A DNA stretch of 63,031 bases, filler included, from Folioceros fuciformis (taxonomy: Eukaryota): assembly GCA_049999805.1 (NCBI GenBank). It is 18 parts of 18 records of this genome, joined end to end, with 100 filler letters (N's around TTAATTAATTAA, not from the genome) between each part and the next. Parts side by side here need not be neighbours in the genome. Positions count along the whole stretch, not along the records: positions 6,047 to 12,430 come from JBNGIO010006690.1; positions 12,531 to 15,788 come from JBNGIO010006692.1; positions 15,889 to 22,504 come from JBNGIO010006693.1; positions 22,605 to 23,984 come from JBNGIO010006694.1; 14 more parts are not named here. One strand, given 5' to 3'. The notes beneath the pieces are model-generated. The model saw only the letters and a program-made list of their open reading frames with translations. It ran no database searches and was not told the DNA's origin. The position numbers and the translations under genes were made by a program. Shown here in pieces: positions 12,123 through 23,984 of this stretch (its first letter is position 1; every line of letters starts with the position of its first letter).

Positions 12123-13362
12123 TGGTATCACAGCATTAATGTTGTATATTTCTATAGGTGCAATGTTTCTATCCTGGTGTATTAGATGTCTGTAGAAAGG
12201 AGTACGTTCTCTTGATACAAAGTCTCTTCTACTCTTACACATCTGCATCAGCGATGGGTTTTTAACCGAGATATTGCACGATAGAAAATGCAAACGCAAA
12301 ATTTCCGCCGCGCGGATCTGGCTGCTTTACGGCAGCAGGTTCGACTGTTTTAAATCCGGTTGAAGATGACTCGACGGGGACGATCTCGCGTCGAGCGATC
12401 CACATCTCCCACCTGCCATCAATACAGAGANNNNNNNNNNNNNNNNNNNNNNNNNNNNNNNNNNNNNNNNNNNNTTAATTAATTAANNNNNNNNNNNNNN
12501 NNNNNNNNNNNNNNNNNNNNNNNNNNNNNNGCCTGTGCGTCGCCAAGTGTCGCTTGCGATCTGGGTGGATCACGGACTCAAGGGCTCAGGACTCCGGTGC
12601 AGGCCCGGAATTCGGCTCAGATCCGGGAATCGGTGGGATCGGGGCCGTGCTTGGTCCCGCCTGCTAGCAACCGTGGATGCATGGTGTCTTAACACTAGAC
12701 AACTACAACATCCCTGTCATAAGTTGGGTTCTGACTTGCAGAGATCAGGGCTGTTTAACACAGGCTGTTGTTGACGGCCATTCTGGAGTCTGTGACTGCC
12801 AGGGCAGAAGAAACGTGCTTTCGAGGTACCAGACCCACTTCTTATTTCCCGGAGAAGGCCGCCACGTTCACGAAATAAGCGCCTAGTGTATGATGCTGAA
12901 AATTGCAATCCGAATAAGGTGTCGGGTCCGCACAATCACAGAGTCGATCAAGGTTCATATACGCATTCACGAACCTGGAAGCGCCGTACTATCCCCTGAA
13001 GTGTATCAACGTGACAGCGTTGTTCAGGCGACGGGGTTTGATTGTCCTTCAACGGGCACTAGCAACGGCGATCCTCCACAAGGCAGCAACATTATGTGAC
13101 ACTTTCTCTGCCCCGTGGATTGTAGACCTGTTTTTCTCAAGAAACTAATACATGCACACAGAATTAACACAAGGAAAACGGCCACAAGTACCTCCAAAAT
13201 GGAGAGGACTCAAACCGACATCCTCAACGTGCACTTGAGCACTTGAAAGTGTGGTATGAAAGGCCGGCAAGTTTCGAATCTGCTTGTCCTACTGCATCCA
13301 CGATTCGATCGAGGAAGCAAGTGCGTCCCGCATCTTGCCTAGGCATTTTTAGGGAGCTGAAA

Positions 13363-15788
13363 ATGGCACGGGGCGAGGAGCTAGACGTTAGTTGTACCGA
13401 CGTTTGTTCTTGGGCTCGTGGTTTGGCTGACCCATTGGAATCTATCCCTGAGAAAGAAAGAAACCGCACCATAGTTGATACTGCAAATGCACTTGAAGGA
13501 TTCTTAGAGTGTGCGGAAGGGGAGACTGCCCCAATAGACGCTGATAGGCTAGGCGCCTTGAGTTGTGGTCTTTCAATTCTATGGAAGTATGGGGTGGAGA
13601 GGAGTCGGGATGCTGTGGTTCTGGGCCTAGAGGAGGGCAACGCGGCAATGAAGGAGGCAAAATTGAGAGCGAACGAGCTGTACAAGATCTTGGTGCAGGA
13701 AGAGGACATCGAGCGGCGAATGACAATAGAGACGGAGCTGACCAGAATCACCACTCAGCTCTTCCACCACCAAGACTCCAGCCGGCGGGCGGTGCTCAAG
13801 GCCACGAGGTCTGTGAGAGCCCGCTACCACGGGCTGGCGGCGAGGCTAGCACGGTTAGCCAGAGCCAGGCCAGCCGTTCAGCATCCTTCTGACGCAAGCG
13901 CGTGGGATCTGGATGGTGCTTTCAAAGTGGAATGTGACCAGTGCGCAGACACAGGTGCTCAGGCGCTTTTGGCTTGCAAAATCAGCGACGAACTGCTGCA
14001 AAGGAACATACTACAGTCGTCCGTCAAGGATCCTTTCTCCCTAGGACCTTCCAATGCGGAGTTCCTCCCGGCATCCTCTCTGTGCATCAAGTGTTCTTCC
14101 TTGGCGACCGAGAGTTCTGTGTGTCCCTACACCCGCCGGCAGCTGGCCACCTTCTTCCCTGTTGTTAGGTACACGAAGAGGAACATGATGCATCTAGCCT
14201 CGAATGCCAGCCACTGGCTGTTTGACGGAAAGGAGCTCGGCACAGAGTGCCAGGCACTGCTCTCTGTCTTTGAGTCTGCAAGGTGTCACGGGAGGAACAT
14301 CCTGTCGGCTCTGGAGTTCATGGAGAAGGAGTACATCCCGCACTTGCAAGCGAATTTTGAAGGGTTTGAAGGCCACAGCAAGCCCCTGTGTAGTGCCATC
14401 TGTGAGATGTTCCACCCTGCAGGGCTGGGCCTGGGAGGGTTGCCTGCAGGGCCTGCATTCCCCAATCTCGAGGATCTCCTTCTTGTCCTCCGCCGCAAGA
14501 GTTTGACTTCAGTCATGATACTCGGCCGCTTGGGGATCAGGATGGGCGCCATCGGGTCAGCACAGGATGTCAGCAACATGGTGAACAGGATGCTATTCAA
14601 GTGGATCGTAGTGCGTCTGGTGAGATGGCGGCGCAACCGGACGAATGAGAATTTGGAGGATCTGGGTAGACTGCTGGAGGCAGACCTCTTCGACACAGAT
14701 GCCGGATTCCCGGTCAAGGGCTCCGGACGGTTGCTTTCCTCTCTTGGGGGCTCCAAGTTCCTTTGCACCATCTTCGGGGAGAAGACCCTGGCGTCCACTT
14801 TGGAGCAGAGGTTGTTGGAGCCTGCCCGAATATCGTTAGAAATGGTGACTTTGCTGTTGTACATCCTGTTGAGGGATGGGTTGATTCTGCGCTCACCGGG
14901 CAGCGGGACGGAGGGACTCATCCGACGACTGGCCGGTAAGCATCCGCTGCTTTGGCTCGCATTCGCCTGTCCAGTGGGAGTGGAGGCCCAAGAAGTGGGT
15001 AAGCTCATGGCGCAACACCACCAGAGGTTTGGAAGCATCCAGGACGACGTGCACAGGGAGGTGATCCCCTGCTTCTCCCCTGCCCACTTACGGGGCCCTG
15101 CTGTATTGTGCTGTGGCTGCTGCGGAGCTGGATTCATTCGCCAGCAAGAGATCCAAGACTACCTCCACGCTTCTGACGAGGTTGTGAAACTTACCATCGC
15201 CGAAATAGTTAAGGGCCGCCGCAGCCAGCACTTCCGCCAAGTGTTTGCGAGCGACAGAGAGTCTGGAATGGTGGGCTACAATTCCGGCCACAGTAACCTC
15301 CACCGGGCTGTGGCGACTGTCCTGCCGCGACTAGTGGAGCAGCGGGAGGAATCCAAGCCTCCGGGACCCACCCGCTCCATGGTGCTCCATGTCTTAGCCT
15401 ACCTCTGGCGGTTTCCGAAAGGCGGGCACCTTCACCACCCGCACTTCCTCTTTCACCTTGCTGCCTGCCTTTTTGATTACGTGGAGCAGAGTAGGAGAAT
15501 GCATCCTTCCGCAGAGGTTGCTTATTATTCAAACTCCCCTGGTAGCAACAGCCACTTGTCCTTCCGCGAGCGACTCTCAGCGGAAATCTCTTATTATGTG
15601 GCTAAGAATTTGCCGAAGACGCTCACGTCGGCCGCAGGCAGTGACGAGGCGCGGCACTGGTTGGAAGTGTTTCCGCCTGTGAGCCTGCAGAATCGGGACC
15701 CTCTCCTCTTGGAGGAGCTTACCAGAGCCGTGGCCATTCACGAGCTCCAATTTACCAACGAAAACTCACCCGTAAGAGCCCCCATTAT
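13363..15788 (+). CDS. Intronless uncharacterised protein (>808 aa, 3' truncated) with CxxC...CxxC-PxTR and CCGCCG motifs
   Basis: Uninterrupted frame from 13243 (first ATG 13363) to the contig end; helical N-terminus; ECDQC...LCIKC...CPYTRR; later PAVLCCGCCG, RSQHFRQVF and SGHSNLH. Confidence 0.8.
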
Positions 15789-16527
15789 NNNNNNNNNNNN
15801 NNNNNNNNNNNNNNNNNNNNNNNNNNNNNNNNTTAATTAATTAANNNNNNNNNNNNNNNNNNNNNNNNNNNNNNNNNNNNNNNNNNNNAGTACGCTGAGC
15901 ATGTACGTGATTCCTGCCTGGACAGTCGAAGCTGGCAACCAAGTCACGGATGTAACGGCACAGGAGGCATGTTCGATTTGAGATGTGATGGAAGCAAGCC
16001 ACGGTACAGGGTAGGGTTAACACACTGGTCGGACAGTTAGAGCCTCGCCCTCTGAGCCGACGGTATGATCGGCGCCAATTGAGGGTGGAAGGCCAATCGT
16101 GGACAAAGAGTAAAATAAATACAAGATGAAAAGTGAAAAGAACCGGGTCTACATGCGTCGCAAGAATCTTGCGACACCTGATACCCCTCTGAGGCTTGAG
16201 CGTAAGAAGATGGAAACCAGGAACAAAACAAGCACGCTTGCCTTCCAAGGCAGAAACATCTAAGGTTGGCAATCGCGGCATACACAGTAACGTGCAATTC
16301 CGCAAATTCAGATTCGCATCTTAGCACTGCGAAATTCTACAATGTCCAGATGCGGAAGTGGAAGTGCTTCAACCCATGCGTCCAACGTCAATGCAAACAC
16401 GCCAAATTGCGAACACGTATACCCTAACCCGGAGTGTGCGCCACAGTGTCACAACCCTCCAGCAAGCACGCACAGCGTTTCCAAATTGCTCCAATTGTCC
16501 CAGATCTGAGGCACACCGGATCTGCCA

Positions 16528-16755
16528 TCACACTTCCTTCGGCTGCTTCTTCACATCCTCCTCCTCCTCCTCGTCCTTGCTCGGAGCTTCCGAATAGCTG
16601 CCGCTCAAATTGTCGTCAGGATCATAGTCGGGATCCAGTGAGCGGCTCATGGCATCGCGGCCCGATTGAAGGCAGGGTTTGCAAGCCACCTCCACGGCGG
16701 CCCAGCCAAGTAGCAACGCAGCTCCTGCGAGCACCAAAGTCGTGACGACTCCCAT
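16528..16755 (-). CDS. Chloroplast outer envelope protein 7-like (OEP7/OEP14 family)
   Basis: MGVVTTLVLAGAALLLGWAAVEVACKPCL...RDAMSRSLDPDYDPDD plus an acidic tail matches the OEP7 pattern (GW-x-x-x-E-x-A-x-KP...DPDD). An alternative in-frame ATG is at 16800. Confidence 0.8.
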   Translation of the reverse strand: MGVVTTLVLAGAALLLGWAAVEVACKPCLQSGRDAMSRSLDPDYDPDDNLSGSYSEAPSKDEEEEEDVKKQPKEV

Positions 16756-19700
16756 CTTCTTCTTCTCACCGCTGCGACCCGCGTCCGTATGAGGAGCCAT
16801 CTCGTACTGTCAAACCGACCAAGCGGAGAGGAGCCAACGAGGTTTCCTTCGTGTTACTACCCAAGCATGTCCGCTTGGCTTTCGATGACTGGCTTTGCGT
16901 CGAATTTATGTCAGGGGGATGCGCAACTGCCTACATCTGTAAAGGGACATAAAATTTATACTTCACAGGAATTACTCTCTCAGCGATGGTTCGATTCGGT
17001 ACGGAATGTGGTGATCACAGCGTTATGCCGAATATATATATATTGGAGATTTTAAAAAAAAATTATGTACAGTAAAAATATATCAGGTTTAGCCTAGGCA
17101 GCTCAAAGTCAGGCTACGCTGCTAATGAGTTAGCCTTCATCATGCCAGAGGCCAGCGGGCTTCTTACTTTAGTAGCGTTTTTTTGCAATTTTTGGTGGCG
17201 ATTGGAGCAGGACTACTCGTGATTAAGGTCTATGTTCATCATCGATCGAGATAAGGTACTAAAGCCAAATATTATTGCCCAGCGAGCAAGCCAGGCACAG
17301 CTGCCTTAGTATCTATAACATGGTGCATTTGTGGTCCGCTTACGGGCTTCTCACCCCAGATGAATCCGCCGACTCTACACAACCTCGAAAGATTGTGTAC
17401 TTGGGAATAGCTGAGCAAGAAACTGCCGACGCAGGAGTGGATAAAGAGGGAGAGGAGGATTAGGCACCGACCTCGCTGGCCCTGATAGTGGTACCCCAAG
17501 GGAGGGCCGACCTACCCACGGAGGCTCCTCCCCCTCTCATAGGGGCCGATCGAGTGGAACAACAGAGGGCCTACGTAAAGTACCTAGCTCTGTCCGGAAG
17601 AAAACAGTCCAGCAAATGGGTGCCATGTGTTGCTTGCTTGGGTAGAACACCGAGTCTGAACAGGGCGGTTAATATGATAAGGGTAGGGTTTACCATGTAG
17701 AATGTATCATGTTGTAGGTGTTCTAAGGTGTGCAAGGTAGAGAGGATGGCATATGAGAGCATACACATTTCATTCAGTTAACGTCAGCTTGAAAGAATCC
17801 TAGCGCCAGAGATGGTATATAATCTGCCCGTCTGGACAACTTCTTCTCACTGAGGTCTTCTGATACACTTCGAGAGCAGCCTGGCCTCTGGAGTACCCCT
17901 AAGTAGACGCCGTTCAAGGAAGGACCATATATAGTGCAATGTGATTTGTTTAGCGCATCCGCCAACCACTGTCCTCAATTATCATAAGCATGCACGTACA
18001 GAGGGAACATGCTAGTCCACAATCGTGAAAGGCCTTGTCTGATTACTAGCACCACGAAACTGGACAACATTTGGTTAACCGCACCTTGTGCAACTTCACT
18101 GCCAGCTCATCTGTGAAATATGTTCTGCAGACATCCGGAGAACGTCAGTCTCCTGACCCCGTTCTCGCTGAGAAACTGACGGCATCTAGATCTATGCAAG
18201 CCGCAAACACTTACAGATTCTCGTATGTCACTGCTCGGCTGGACAGAGTTTTCACAACAACTTTGGTAGTGTCATGTTGCACCTCCCGCAACTGCCTTTA
18301 CCAGAGGCCTAAAGATAGCAAGAATTGTTTGATACTGAAAAAAGGTACTCCAATTAAGATCAAAGGAGAGGCCAAAACGACAATTCCAACGGGACTTGGG
18401 ACGTCAGAACACGACTGGGTTGAACAAATTGCAGTTACAATGTCTTCGACGAAAAGTAGGTAGTCAACGTTGTTTGCATATTCGGGCGGGGCGGAGTCTC
18501 GGTGCGCATAGATGAGGTTTCTGCTAGAAACCATAAACATGTCAGGAGAGTGGCTAGAATGATCTCCAAACGACCTACCACGATATCCTAGCGCAAACGT
18601 AGCCACACTACTATAAGTGCAGATCTCCCTTTTCAAGCAGACAGCACACAAAGGTCCGGTGGAAAGACAATCCTCCACATATTCTGCCGCCGTGCACGTT
18701 TCTCCAGCAACTCCGAAACCTCCTTCATCTCCTAGTGATTTGCACCTCTCAACACCTGCAAACCACCATCAATATGAATAGAGTAAACGTGTGCAAACAC
18801 ATCAACCTGCAGGAGACTCGCAACCTACAAGCGCAGAATTGCACTCGCGAAAAAACCAGCACAGCACAAACACCGGCACCACCACGACGCCGAGCATCAC
18901 CGTGCGTTCCCGTGATCGGTCTTCCGCGTTCAAATTGGCACCTTCGTAGACGAGAAACGCTCATAAGGAGCTCTCGCTGCTGGCGTTCTCAGGAAGCCAC
19001 GTACAAATATATTCGGTGGGGTTGTGAACATCCGGGGAGATCATCACGTCCAGTCCTACAGCAAGAAGCGACTGTATTCCACCCTTAGATATTCCCTGTC
19101 CGAGCGTAGAAGAGCAATTGTGTTATGTCCTCCTTGTCCTCGGGGCCGCGGCGAACTTGTCGTCCTGACCTTGAACGGCATCTAGTGGCTTCAGAGAGCA
19201 CAGGCTTCCGAGATCGAACGACAGTAGCTTCCATGTCCTTCGAGAGCTAAGGTAGCTTCGGCTTCTAAAATTTACCCCTAGTAGAGCACAGTAGTATGTA
19301 CGTGGGAGATGGGGGCCCCGCCTCGCCCAGCGCGGTCTGTTCGGAAAGAAACAACGAGCCGCCGCGGACGCGTAGGCAGTGCAGAAGCGACCCCAGGTTG
19401 TGAAGAAGGTGGCTCCTTAGACGTGGGAAAGGCCATCAGGATGTTCGCACCGACTCCGCTAATAATAGCCAGCCTGGCCCCACAAGCCGCCTGCCAGTGC
19501 CCAATAGGTAGAGGGGAAACGGAAAGCAAGGGGGCAGAGGCTAGCGATGACGGGCCCGGGGTGCAGGGATTATTCTGAATGGGGCCATCTGATTGGCGAT
19601 TTTCTCGCCAAGTGCTTGGACTTGCAAGGCGGACGAGCAGGGAGCAAGCTGCAGAGTCCCAGGGATGTGGAGCAGACACCAGGGTGGATGCAGTGATATC

Positions 19701-20310
19701 TGAGCCTTCCGTCTGCCTGGGACCCGGAGGCATAGGCCTCGGGGCCCGCCAGTGCCACGCTTTCCCATCTCCTTTTTCTTACACCGAAGTTTCCACGTTC
19801 CATGGAGCAGTCGTATCCGTAGATGCAGACGTATCGCTGTGTGTCAGCGTCCGGTTTAAATTAATGGATTGCTTGCACGGAGAGCTGCAGCCAGCAAGTG
19901 GACCAGTGCAGGTGCAACGTTACCAACATCATTCCCTCTCACGAGGAGTCCTTACTGTCCGTAGACATGAAGTTTGAGGGGCGCCACTCGTACGGCTTGA
20001 TGCCTTGGTACCTTGATTTAGCGGCAGGCCTCGGGGCAAACTGATTCTCCGAGGAGAGAGGGAAGTTTCCCAGCCCAGGCTAACCCAGTTGATAACACGG
20101 CCCGCATGCAACAGGTTGCTTGCCTCTGCCTCACAGATTCCCACCTATAATTCCCGGCGCCCAGTGCAAGCACTGCCCTGCAGACGCAACTCCTGGCAAT
20201 GAAAGCCATGGAATCTGGCTGCTTCTAGTTGATGTAGACGGGGGGAGTCGCCGTGCAGAGGAGAGCAGGACCGGATTCCCAGGTCCCGGGACTCCGGTAG
20301 CTGGACGCAC

Positions 20311-21873
20311 ATGGCTTCCTGGGAAATGGCAGTGCAACCCACGGCCGGGACGCCCCCGCGCCCTTCCGGATCCACGGAGGAGCTGGAGGACGGCGGTGTC
20401 GGCATCAAGGAGCGTGGGCCTCCCACCACCTACCTGCAGCGACGCCTCAATGTGTTCCGGATCCGGAGGCAGGACCTGCTCAGAGAGGTGAGCGGCTCGC
20501 TGGGCGATCTGGGGACCTACGTCCCCATCGCCGTGGCGCTCACGCTCTACAACCACATTGACCTGGGCACCACGCTCATCTTCAACGGTTTCTTCAACGT
20601 CCTCACGGGCCTGCTATTCGACGTACCCATGCCGGTGCAGCCCATGAAGTCCATCGCGGCGGCCGCTCTCAGCGCCAACAAGCTCACCGTGAACCAGATC
20701 ATGACGGCGGGCCTCTCCGTCTCCTTCATCCTTGTCTTCCTCGGCATCTCGGGCCTCATGACCATCTTCAACTGGATCATCCCGCTGTCCGTGGTGCGGG
20801 GAATCCAGCTCGCGCAGGGGCTCAACTTCAGCCTCACTGCCGTCAAGTACATCCTCAACACGCAGGACTTCTCCAAGTCCAAGCCGTCTGGGCCCAATCG
20901 GCCCTGGAAGGGATGGGATGGCCGGATTCTGGCCATCTTCGCCTTCTGCTTCGTGATTGTGGTGAGCGGGGTGGGCGGGGAGCTGATGAGGAAGAAGAAG
21001 GTCACGGGCAAGGATTCGTACGACGAGGAGGCGGACAAGGACATCGCCTGCGCGGCCACCAAGTCGAAGGATTCCAGCAGCCTACCGGGCGTGCTGGCCA
21101 GGAAGGTGGATGCGTTTAACGCCAAGTTCTTCAAGACGGACGAGGAGGTTGCGGAGGAGGACGCGCAAGGGAAGGGGCTGGCCACGGTGCCCTCCTGCCT
21201 CATCATCTTCGTGCTGGGGATCATTCTGGCGTTCGCGCGCTACTCTAGCGTGGCCAAGAGCCTGAAGGCGGGGCCGAGTACCCCCAAAATCACGCACCCT
21301 ACCCGCCATGACTGGCGAGAGGGTTTCATCCGGGGAGCTATCCCGCAGCTGCCGCTTTCCGTGCTCAACTCTGTCATCGCCGTGGTGAAGCTGTCGGAGG
21401 ATCTCTTCCCTGGGAATCCGGATGTGTCGGTCATGCACGTCGCCACCTCGGTGGGGATGATGAACATTGTGGGGTGCTGGTTCGGGGCGATGCCGGTGTG
21501 CCACGGCTGCGGCGGGCTTGCTGGCCAGTACCGGTTTGGGGCGCGCTCCGGGCTGTCTGTGGTGATGCTGGGCGCGGGGAAGATGCTTCTGGGCCTGCTG
21601 CTGGGGAACTCGCTGGCCAAGATGCTGCAGCGCTACCCCGTGTCTCTGCTGGGTGTGCTGCTGCTCTACGCGGGTATTGAGCTGGCCATGACCGTGCGGG
21701 ACATGAACTCGCGCAAGGACATTTTCATCGTGCTCGTCATCACCTCGGTGGCCCTGCAGTGGAACAATGCAGCTTACGGCTTTCTCTGCGGATTGGCCGT
21801 GGCTTTGGTGTTCAAGGCCAGGGCCATCAAGCTCCAGGCTCTGCTGCATCCTTTCAGCAAGCCCGAACCCTGA
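20311..21873 (+). CDS. MOT1: Molybdate transporter, MOT1 family (520 aa, intronless)
   Basis: Family motifs GSLGDLGT, PMPVQPMKSIAA, PQLPLSVLNSVIAV and FGAMPVCHGCGGLAGQYRFGARSG; multiple transmembrane segments; high GC3. Confidence 0.93.
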   Translation: MASWEMAVQPTAGTPPRPSGSTEELEDGGVGIKERGPPTTYLQRRLNVFRIRRQDLLREVSGSLGDLGTYVPIAVALTLYNHIDLGTTLIFNGFFNVLTGLLFDVPMPVQPMKSIAAAALSANKLTVNQIMTAGLSVSFILVFLGISGLMTIFNWIIPLSVVRGIQLAQGLNFSLTAVKYILNTQDFSKSKPSGPNRPWKGWDGRILAIFAFCFVIVVSGVGGELMRKKKVTGKDSYDEEADKDIACAATKSKDSSSLPGVLARKVDAFNAKFFKTDEEVAEEDAQGKGLATVPSCLIIFVLGIILAFARYSSVAKSLKAGPSTPKITHPTRHDWREGFIRGAIPQLPLSVLNSVIAVVKLSEDLFPGNPDVSVMHVATSVGMMNIVGCWFGAMPVCHGCGGLAGQYRFGARSGLSVVMLGAGKMLLGLLLGNSLAKMLQRYPVSLLGVLLLYAGIELAMTVRDMNSRKDIFIVLVITSVALQWNNAAYGFLCGLAVALVFKARAIKLQALLHPFSKPEP

Positions 21874-22453
21874 TTGCCCCAATGCGTCCTCTCGGTTTCA
21901 ATGCTTTCCGAACACGGCTTCACAGCCTCTGGACTTCCTCGGTTTCTTCGGTAGCTTCCCCAATAAGTGTGTCAAATGTTTCCTGTGTAGATTCACACCA
22001 ACCAACGCAGTTGTGTGCCAGTCTTCACCTCGAAGACTACAGCCCTTCGTTTCAACGTGAACCAGTTGTTGTGACGGTCCCTCCGGATCCAACATTTCCT
22101 ATCCACTTCACATCCATTGTACTGTACTTGTTGTAGATAGTAGCGAGCAAACCAGGAACTACGACCACATCGCCTACCTCATGTTCTGTGCAATATGATT
22201 CATTTGACAGTCCACATTACGCACGCAAGGCGAGTTTCTATGCTTGTTTTCTCTCCCTTTCCGGACGAAAAGGGAAATGCGTGCCTTACTCTAGTACCGA
22301 CCTTTCCTTCTCTGAACGATCACCTACGAGACTCGAGCTTGCATGTACATACACTTCTTGTCACTTGTCAGATCTTCCTCCTCCCTCTGTCCCCTGAGAC
22401 ATGCAAGCAAAGCAACTTGTTCTTACTGTCCACACATCCGACACCTTGGGCTT

Positions 22454-22504
22454 AGTACGCTGAGCATGTACGTGATTCCTGCCTGGACAGTCGAAGCTGG
22501 CAAC
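22454..22504 (+). repeat. 51-nt exact terminal direct repeat of contig 15889-22504
   Basis: AGTACGCTGAGCATGTACGTGATTCCTGCCTGGACAGTCGAAGCTGGCAAC occurs at 15889-15939 and 22454-22504. Confidence 0.95.
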
Positions 22505-22604
22505 NNNNNNNNNNNNNNNNNNNNNNNNNNNNNNNNNNNNNNNNNNNNTTAATTAATTAANNNNNNNNNNNNNNNNNNNNNNNNNNNNNNNNNNNNNNNN
22601 NNNN

Positions 22605-23984
22605 CATCAGCATCATGCGTGTGCCGTCATTGAGCCTAAGTGGAGGTGAGTGTAACTTCCATCAGCAAAGAAATAGCGAGGTGTTATACACGGCTGCAGT
22701 ACACTTCTTCTGAGCCTGCCACGACACGACAGGAAGCAGTAAGGTGCTCACCTCAAGATCTCTGCGGACCAGCTTCACAAGCAGATTTTGCAAGTCTAGC
22801 AGACTCATGTAGTTCTTCCTCGAAAAGTCCATCGCCTCTGGAACCTGTGATGACATGTCGGAGGGCCGTGGTGACATGATTAGCATATGCAATCAGTGCG
22901 TTATGGTCTTGTGTAAGACCACAAAATGACGGCGGTAGGAAACGACATCGTACCAGTTTCTCATCTTCAGTGACGTATGCAGTCCCCACATGCACTCCTG
23001 GCAAGGAGCTGTTCTCCGGAAGCACAAGGTTGCTCTTCTTGGGCGGCAGCGTAAGGATGGTGACCCCTGACTTCAAGCCGACCGGTTCGCTGTACTGGTT
23101 TTCTTCTGGTGTCAAGCACACAGAGAGTCGATGTCGGAGCCTTGCACTCAACAAGCCAAGGCTCCACCTGCAGCGCGTGATGATTCATTTCGGCCAGAAA
23201 TACTGTATTCCCGCCAGTGAGAGTGACGAACACAATTTAACTGTCCTCCTCACCAAGAAACAAAAGCAGCATTCCGTGACCAACACACTCACATGGCTCT
23301 GTTTATACTGTGGTGACCAACAAAGGTATACAGGCGGTTATACGCGGCGTTATCCGATACCTGGCAAAATTGTCAGCCACGCCATGAGTACGAGAGGCAT
23401 CTAACCACAGCTCCGGCTCAAAAAACAACCGAAACACACCTGCCAGAACTTCATACCAGGAAAAGCTTACGAATCTCATGCGCGATGGTGATGTTCTGGT
23501 GATCCAAGTTGGAGCGGTCCACCTTCTCCTCTTCTGCTCCGTCAAAACGAGGGTAGAAGGAAATAGGAGTGGTGTAATTCACGTCCACAGCTGGAACCGG
23601 ATCCTAAGACCAATCAGCTCAGTATCCCGACACCAAGCTCGAGCACATTCCAGCTGGAATCCAAACACGGCCACGCACCTAACACCTCCTTCAGGCGTCT
23701 AACCTTCTGAACAGCTGCCACAGCGCCACAGAGCTTGATCGCACTGCTCCAAACAGGCAGCCCTCGTTACAAGCATTCCCAACACCAAAGATCCAGCCAA
23801 CATCACCTAACCCTCCTGTACCGTCCCCTCCCCTCCGCAGCGCTCCTCACCTGGCAGGATAAAAATACTCATGATCCAGACGGTACGAGTGGCGCAGGAG
23901 CTGAGGAGGCCCAGCCCCGTCCCCCTCCACCACCTCCGACACTAGCACCTGGAACCTGAACATAGTAGTAGCCTTCTCCATAAC
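22605..23984 (-). CDS. Multi-exon class A beta-lactamase-like serine hydrolase (partial)
   Basis: Manual splicing of the minus strand: exon 23984-23851 joined to an exon starting 23743 gives EYFYPA-S-AIKL (SxxK); later exons give IAHEIRKLFL|VSDNAAYNRLYTFVG (SDN), WSLGLLSARLRHRLSV and MDFSRKNYMSLLDLQNLL. Introns are GT-AG. The gene runs off both contig ends. Confidence 0.8.

Larger units (their letters stand above)
6047..12430 (+). mobile_element. Ty1/copia LTR retrotransposon B, assembled in circularly permuted/tandem form
   Basis: LTR end AACA at 6093; PBS TGGTATCACAGC 6094-6105; gag-PR-INT-RT-RH; PPT 11914-11922; LTR 11923-12122; then a second PBS (12123-12134) and the 5' leader again. Confidence 0.95.

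Noticed and set aside
17272-18678. Short ORFs between the OEP7-like gene and MOT1
   Set aside because: No recognisable domain or consistent exon chain; possibly repeat remnants.
20547-21882. Long antisense ORFs over MOT1 (and similar ones over 14286-15137 and the SET genes)
   Set aside because: Expected shadow ORFs of GC3-rich coding sequence, with no independent motifs.
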